DNA of 64,000 nucleotides from Desulfomonilia bacterium (GTDB lineage Bacteria; Desulfobacterota; Desulfomonilia; UBA1062): NCBI GenBank assembly GCA_963664325.2, contig CAXXDQ010000007.1, positions 1 to 64,000 of the forward strand, read 5' to 3'. Shown piece by piece: positions 58,844 to 64,000 of this stretch (position 1 is its first letter; each line of letters starts with the position of its first letter). The notes under the pieces were generated by a model. It saw only the letters and a program-made list of their open reading frames with translations, ran no database searches and was not told where the DNA came from. The position numbers and the translations under genes were made by a program.

Positions 58844-59127
58844 ATTTTATTATAAAAAATATGCTTTTAGTTGTGTGGAGTATAAAAAGCTTTCTCTAGT
58901 GTGTCAATAATTTACTGTCACTAGACAGTGGCGCAGCTCTTAAGGATTCGATTCTACCTCATAGGATTCCCAGTACAAGAATCTTAGACACATTGCTGCT
59001 ATTATAGCTTGTGTTTGTATGTTTCATCCAAGAAATTTAGTTACACATGAAAAAATAATTTTCGGGTATCCTGCGGTTTGTTCAAATAGATTTTTTCTTG
59101 ACTAAGCCTGAATGTTTGCTTAATTGA

Positions 59128-59145
59128 ATTGAGCGATCGCTCAAT
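59128..59145. promoter_or_regulatory. TetR-type operator upstream of the efflux operon
   Basis: Perfect 18-bp palindrome ATTGAGCGATCGCTCAAT downstream of TTGACT (59098-59103). Confidence 0.7.
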
Positions 59146-59173
59146 ATGGGTCGCATCGGGAGTTGGTTAGGGC

Positions 59174-59809
59174 GTGAACGAGACTCAAAAAAAACTCATA
59201 CAGGTCACCGAACAGCTGCTGGAGACGAACGGCGTGGCCAGGATCACCACCCGTATGATAGCGCGTGAAGCCGGTGTCGCCGAAGGCCTCATTTACCACT
59301 ACTTCAAGGACAAGGCCGAGCTTATACATGCAGTTATCGAACAGCGGATAAATGACGTCAGGGAGGCAGTCGAAAATTTGCCATCGCAAGTCGGTTTGAA
59401 TACCGTGGCCGGCAACCTTGAAAAGATAATGATGGTTACCTATAATGTCCAATACCGTATAACGCCTGTAATGACCTCGGTTTTTGCGGACCGCAATATT
59501 CGTGAAAGAATGAGGGAAATAATGGATATGAGACAAATCGGGCCCAAAAAGGAAATCGAAGGCATAGCCGTATACCTGTCTGCGGAACAGCGTTTGGGGC
59601 GGGTCGCACATGATATCAAAGCTATTGCAGCGGCCAGACTTTTACTCGGGCACAGTTTCCGGACGGGTATGCATGACTGTTTTCTCGGCCTTGACCCAGA
59701 CAGGCCCGAGGCAAAGAATGAACAGAATGACGTGATACGAACCCTTATGAAAGGCCTTGAACCCAGGGTTTCAAAAGTTCTAAAAAAGACTGGAGAGAGA
59801 GTGAAATAA
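59174..59809 (+). CDS. TetR/AcrR family regulator
   Basis: HTH IAREAGVAEGLIYHYFKDKAEL. Confidence 0.92.
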   Translation: MNETQKKLIQVTEQLLETNGVARITTRMIAREAGVAEGLIYHYFKDKAELIHAVIEQRINDVREAVENLPSQVGLNTVAGNLEKIMMVTYNVQYRITPVMTSVFADRNIRERMREIMDMRQIGPKKEIEGIAVYLSAEQRLGRVAHDIKAIAAARLLLGHSFRTGMHDCFLGLDPDRPEAKNEQNDVIRTLMKGLEPRVSKVLKKTGERVK

Positions 59810-61335
59810 TGAAAAAGATACCGGTTTATCTTATGCTTACTATCCTTTCATTGATTCCGGGATGCGCTGTAGGCCCGGATTTCCGCTCGCCGGAGCCTAC
59901 AACCGCGACCAGGTATACCGAAACCCCCCTGGCCCCGAAGACTCTGAGCGCGCCGGTCGCGGGAGGGGCCTCGCAGAGTTTCGATTTTGCCAGGGAACTG
60001 CCGTCCCGGTGGTGGACTCTGTTCCACTCTCCAGGATTGAACGGGCTTATTGAGCAGGCTATAAAAAACAGTCCCTCGCTTGCCGCGGCGGAATCGGCGC
60101 TCAAAGGCGCGCAGGAAGACCTCAAGGCCATTCGCGGAGGCCTTCTTTACCCGGGAGTCGACGGCAACCTGCAGGTAAGCCGCCAGCAGACATCCGGCAA
60201 TATAGGGACAGGGCCTTCAAGTCTCTTCACCCTTTATAACGCCTCTGTCGGCGTTTCATATACGCTGGATATCTTCGGAGGCTCACGCCGCCAGATAGAG
60301 GCCTATCAGGCGCAGGTCGACTTCAAGCGCTATCAGTATGAAGCCGCGTACCTTTCCCTGACTGCAAATATTGTCACGACGGCAATACGTGAGGCCATGC
60401 TGCGCTCGCAGATTGCAGCTACCAAAGAAATAATCGCGGCGGAGGAAAAGCAGCTTGAAGTAGTCAACAACCAATTCATACTCGGCGCCGGATTGAAGGC
60501 GTCGGTGTTGTTTCAGCAGGCGGAACTTTCTTCGAGCGAAGCGAGCCTGCCCAACCTGGAAAAGCAGCTTTATATCGCGAGGCATGCCCTGTCGGTGCTT
60601 ACGGGAAAGCTTCCGTCCGAGGCCGGAATTCCTGAATTCACCCTAGATACGCTGCACCTTCCCGAGAACCTGCCCGTGAGCCTTCCGTCGTCGCTGGTAC
60701 GTCAGAGGCCTGATATACAGGCGTCCGAGGCTGTGCTTCACCAGGCCTGCGCCGGTGTCGGAGTCGCCACGGCCAACCTTTATCCCCAGATAACAATTGG
60801 CGCGGGTTACGGGACACAGGCCATAGGGACGGACCTCCTTTTTGCGGGGCAGAGCACTGTCTGGAACATCGGTGCGGGGTTGCTTCAGCCGCTTTTCCAC
60901 GGGGGGCAGCTCACGGCTAAAAGGCGCAGCGCCATAGCGGCATTCGAACAGGCCTCCTCGGTTTACAAGCAGACCGTGCTCAATGCCTTTGGAAATGTGG
61001 CCGATGTCCTGCGTTCACTGGAAACCGATGCGACAGTGCTGATGTACATGCAGCAGTCAGAGGCCGCGGCCAGGGAAACGCTGGACCTTACGACAAAACA
61101 GTTCGAACTGGGCGCAGTGAACTATCTGAGCCTTCTGGTGGCCCAGCTGGGCTACAACAAGGCCTATATGTTCATGATCGAGGCGCAGGCGCAGCGGTAT
61201 GCCGATACGGCGGCGCTCTTCCAGGCGCTTGGCGGGGGGTGGTGGAACCGGGATAAAGCCCCGGCTGATAATGCAGTGACTGAAAAGCCGGATGAAAAAA
61301 ATAATAAAGCGGAAGTTCAAGCCAAGGAGAACTGA
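59809..61335 (+). CDS. RND efflux outer membrane lipoprotein (NodT/OprM family)
   Basis: GCAVGPDF, WWTLF, LDIFGG, RQRPDI, ALGGGWW. Confidence 0.93.
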   Translation: MKKIPVYLMLTILSLIPGCAVGPDFRSPEPTTATRYTETPLAPKTLSAPVAGGASQSFDFARELPSRWWTLFHSPGLNGLIEQAIKNSPSLAAAESALKGAQEDLKAIRGGLLYPGVDGNLQVSRQQTSGNIGTGPSSLFTLYNASVGVSYTLDIFGGSRRQIEAYQAQVDFKRYQYEAAYLSLTANIVTTAIREAMLRSQIAATKEIIAAEEKQLEVVNNQFILGAGLKASVLFQQAELSSSEASLPNLEKQLYIARHALSVLTGKLPSEAGIPEFTLDTLHLPENLPVSLPSSLVRQRPDIQASEAVLHQACAGVGVATANLYPQITIGAGYGTQAIGTDLLFAGQSTVWNIGAGLLQPLFHGGQLTAKRRSAIAAFEQASSVYKQTVLNAFGNVADVLRSLETDATVLMYMQQSEAAARETLDLTTKQFELGAVNYLSLLVAQLGYNKAYMFMIEAQAQRYADTAALFQALGGGWWNRDKAPADNAVTEKPDEKNNKAEVQAKEN

Positions 61336-62465
61336 TGATGAAGAAACGTATGCTCATAATGATAATCTGTCTTGCCGTTCTGTTCGGCGGGATATTCGGC
61401 TACCAGATGTTCAAATCAAAAATGATAAAGAAATACATGGCAGGCCAGGGTGATCAGAAGCAGACGGTATCGACCTATATAGCCAGCAGGCAGGAGTGGC
61501 AGCCGCAGTTCATAGCGGTAGGGACACTTACGGCAGTGCTCGGAGCCGATATCGCACCCGAGGTCAACGGCATAGTAAAACAGATATATTTCAAATCAGG
61601 CAAGGACGTTAAAAAGGGCACTTTGCTTGTCGAATTGAACGCCGATGCCGATTCGGCCCGGCTCGAATCCCTGAAGGCGACGGAGGACCTTGCCGCAAAG
61701 ACTCTGGCCCGGGACAGGGAGCAGTTCAAGGTCCAGGCGGTGAGCCAGGCCACCATCGATGCGGACACGGCCAATCTCAAAAGCGCGCAGGCGCAGGTCG
61801 CGGAACAGAAGGCCGTGATCGATAAGAAGTTCTTGAAAGCGCCTTTTGACGGGAGGCTCGGCATACGAGCGGTTAATCTTGGACAATATATAAGCCCCGG
61901 GCAGAAGGTCGTCACGCTGCAGGCCCTTGACCCAATATTCATAGATTTTTTCCTTCCGCAAAAAAGCATCAGCAAACTGAAAGTCGGGCAGAAGATAAGC
62001 GTCAAAGTGGATGCATTTCCAGGAGAGTCTTTTACGGGGGAGGTCTCATCAATAAATCCCAAGGTGGATGAGGGCACGAGAAATGTTCCGGTGCGGGCGA
62101 GCATAACTAATCAGGAGAAGAGGCTGCTCCCCGGGATGTTCGCGACGGCAAGTGTCGAGATAGGGGTAAAGCAGAACTATATCACGATTCCGCAGACGGC
62201 AATTTCGTACAATCCTTACGGAGATTATGTCTATGTGGTGATAAACGGCAAGGACGCGAAAGGGAAACCTCAACTGATAGCAAGGCAGCGCCTGGTCGAT
62301 ACGGGTGATACAAGGGGCGATCAGATTGCGGTTCTCGAGGGCGTCAAGGATGGCGAAACAGTTGTTACGGCCGGCCAGAACAAACTCAGGAACAACTCCC
62401 CGGTTGAGGTCAACAACTCGGTCAAACTCTCCAATGAAGCAACGCCTGCTCCGGTAGACGAATAA
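61335..62465 (+). CDS. RND efflux periplasmic adaptor (MFP)
   Basis: N-terminal anchor; KAPFDGRLG, VDEGTRN, LLPGMFA, VVTAGQ. Confidence 0.93.
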   Translation: MMKKRMLIMIICLAVLFGGIFGYQMFKSKMIKKYMAGQGDQKQTVSTYIASRQEWQPQFIAVGTLTAVLGADIAPEVNGIVKQIYFKSGKDVKKGTLLVELNADADSARLESLKATEDLAAKTLARDREQFKVQAVSQATIDADTANLKSAQAQVAEQKAVIDKKFLKAPFDGRLGIRAVNLGQYISPGQKVVTLQALDPIFIDFFLPQKSISKLKVGQKISVKVDAFPGESFTGEVSSINPKVDEGTRNVPVRASITNQEKRLLPGMFATASVEIGVKQNYITIPQTAISYNPYGDYVYVVINGKDAKGKPQLIARQRLVDTGDTRGDQIAVLEGVKDGETVVTAGQNKLRNNSPVEVNNSVKLSNEATPAPVDE

Positions 62466-62478
62466 GGGGCCGGTCCTG

Positions 62479-64000
62479 ATGAAATTTACCGATATATTCA
62501 TCCGCCGCCCGGTTCTGGCTGTCGTCATCAGCCTGTTCATATTTATCCTGGGTCTCCGCTCAATAGGCATGCTTCCCGTGCTGCAGTTTCCCAAAACGGA
62601 AAATGCGGTGGTAACGGTAACGACTGTTTATACAGGGGCCGACGCAGAACTTGTGGCGGGATTCATAACAACGCCGCTTGAGAACTCCATCGCCCAGGCA
62701 AACGGCATAGATTACATGACGTCGCAGAGCAGCCAGGGCATCAGCACGATTACCGCAAACCTGAGACTCAACGCCGATTCAGGCAAGGTGCTGACCGAGA
62801 TCAACACCAAGGTCAACGCTGTCATGAACCAGCTTCCTCAGGACGCCCAGCGCCCGGTGATCGAAATAGCCGTCGGTGAGACCATAGATTCGCTGATCAT
62901 GACTTTCTCGAGTGAAACCATGTCGCTCAACCAGATCACCGACTATCTTGTGAGGGTTGTACAGCCCCAGCTTCAGGCGGTAGAAGGCGTACAGACCGCG
63001 GAAATCATGGGCGGCAAATCATTCGCTTTGCGCGTATGGCTCGATCCGAGGCAGCTGGCTGCCTACTCGCTGAACTCGACGGACGTGTGGAACGCCCTGG
63101 CGGCCAACGACTATCTCGCAGCAGTGGGCCAGACAAAAGGGCTGATGGTGAAGGTCGATCTGACTGCGTCAACCAACCTGCAGTCTGTGGAAGAATTCAG
63201 GAATATGATCATCAAAGAACAGAACGGGGCGGTAGTCAGGCTTTCGGACGTGGCGAATGTGACGCTCGGGGCAGAGGAGTATGAATCGCATGTTTCTTTT
63301 AACGGAGCCAAAGCCATTTTTATGGGCATCAAGATAGCTCCGACGGCGAACCTGCTGCAGGTTATCGGCAAGGTCAAGAAAGTTTTCCCGGACATACAGG
63401 CCCAGCTGCCCGAAGGGCTGAAGGGACAGATCGCGCATGACGCCACCAAATTCGTGGACAGCTCCATCAATGAAGTCATCAAGTCGCTTTTAGAGGCGCT
63501 CGTCATAGTCACCATTGTCGTCTTCCTGTTCCTGGGTTCGTTCAGGACCGTTCTCATACCGACCGTGACGATACCGCTTTCCCTCATCGGCGCATTCACC
63601 CTGATGCTGATCCTGGGGTTCTCAATCAACCTTCTGACTCTCCTTGCCCTAGTCCTTGGAATCGGTCTCGTGGTGGACGACGCCATCATCATTGTCGAGA
63701 ATGTGGACAGGCATCTCGAGGAAGGGATGTCGCGAATGGAGGCCGCCATACAGGCAGCGCGGGAGCTTGCAAATCCCATTATCGTAATGACGGTCGTTCT
63801 GATCGCTGTCTACATACCCATCGGCTTCATGGGAGGCTTAACCGGCGCACTCTTTACGGAATTCGCGTTCACCCTGGTCGGGGCTGTCACGATTTCCGGC
63901 ATCATTGCGCTCACGCTTTCACCCATGATGTGCTCAAGGATGTTTAAAGCCCATGACGATTCCAGGACCGGCCTTCAGGACAGGTTTGTCCGTTATCTTA
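62479..64000 (+). CDS. RND efflux permease (AcrB/MexI-like), truncated by window end
   Basis: Manual translation MKFTDIFIRRPVLAVV..; GLVVDDAIIIVENV; missing from the ORF track because it has no stop in the window. Confidence 0.93.
   Translation, partial: MKFTDIFIRRPVLAVVISLFIFILGLRSIGMLPVLQFPKTENAVVTVTTVYTGADAELVAGFITTPLENSIAQANGIDYMTSQSSQGISTITANLRLNADSGKVLTEINTKVNAVMNQLPQDAQRPVIEIAVGETIDSLIMTFSSETMSLNQITDYLVRVVQPQLQAVEGVQTAEIMGGKSFALRVWLDPRQLAAYSLNSTDVWNALAANDYLAAVGQTKGLMVKVDLTASTNLQSVEEFRNMIIKEQNGAVVRLSDVANVTLGAEEYESHVSFNGAKAIFMGIKIAPTANLLQVIGKVKKVFPDIQAQLPEGLKGQIAHDATKFVDSSINEVIKSLLEALVIVTIVVFLFLGSFRTVLIPTVTIPLSLIGAFTLMLILGFSINLLTLLALVLGIGLVVDDAIIIVENVDRHLEEGMSRMEAAIQAARELANPIIVMTVVLIAVYIPIGFMGGLTGALFTEFAFTLVGAVTISGIIALTLSPMMCSRMFKAHDDSRTGLQDRFVRYL

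Overview
Bacterial window, most likely from an anaerobic deltaproteobacterium-like organism (inferred from gene content). 1-5.7 kb: etfA/etfB, an acyl-CoA dehydrogenase, a Sel1 protein, a secreted protein and pyk, all broken by frameshifts that look like sequencing errors. 6-25.5 kb: transport and hydrolase genes, including a possible lipid/sphingolipid catabolic neighbourhood (ceramide N-deacylase-like lipoprotein, EEP hydrolase, FGGY kinase, class III aminotransferase, phospholipase A, TetR). 25.5-42.7 kb: one minus-strand, TetR-headed operon with five 2-hydroxyacyl-CoA dehydratase/benzoyl-CoA reductase-family subunits, three activases, a CooC ATPase, a stand-alone ACS-beta-like domain protein, helical unknown proteins and two acyl-CoA dehydrogenases lacking the usual catalytic Glu. 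43-57 kb: an AT-richer Rhs polymorphic toxin island. Its YD shell appears split over three separately exported proteins. It ends in a Zn-phospholipase C/S1-P1/Het-C-like toxin, followed by orphan toxin/immunity modules. 57-64 kb: a DUF362 protein and a TetR-RND efflux operon cut by the window end. No rRNA, tRNA, CRISPR array or transposase was recognised. All family assignments are by motif recognition only; no searches were run.
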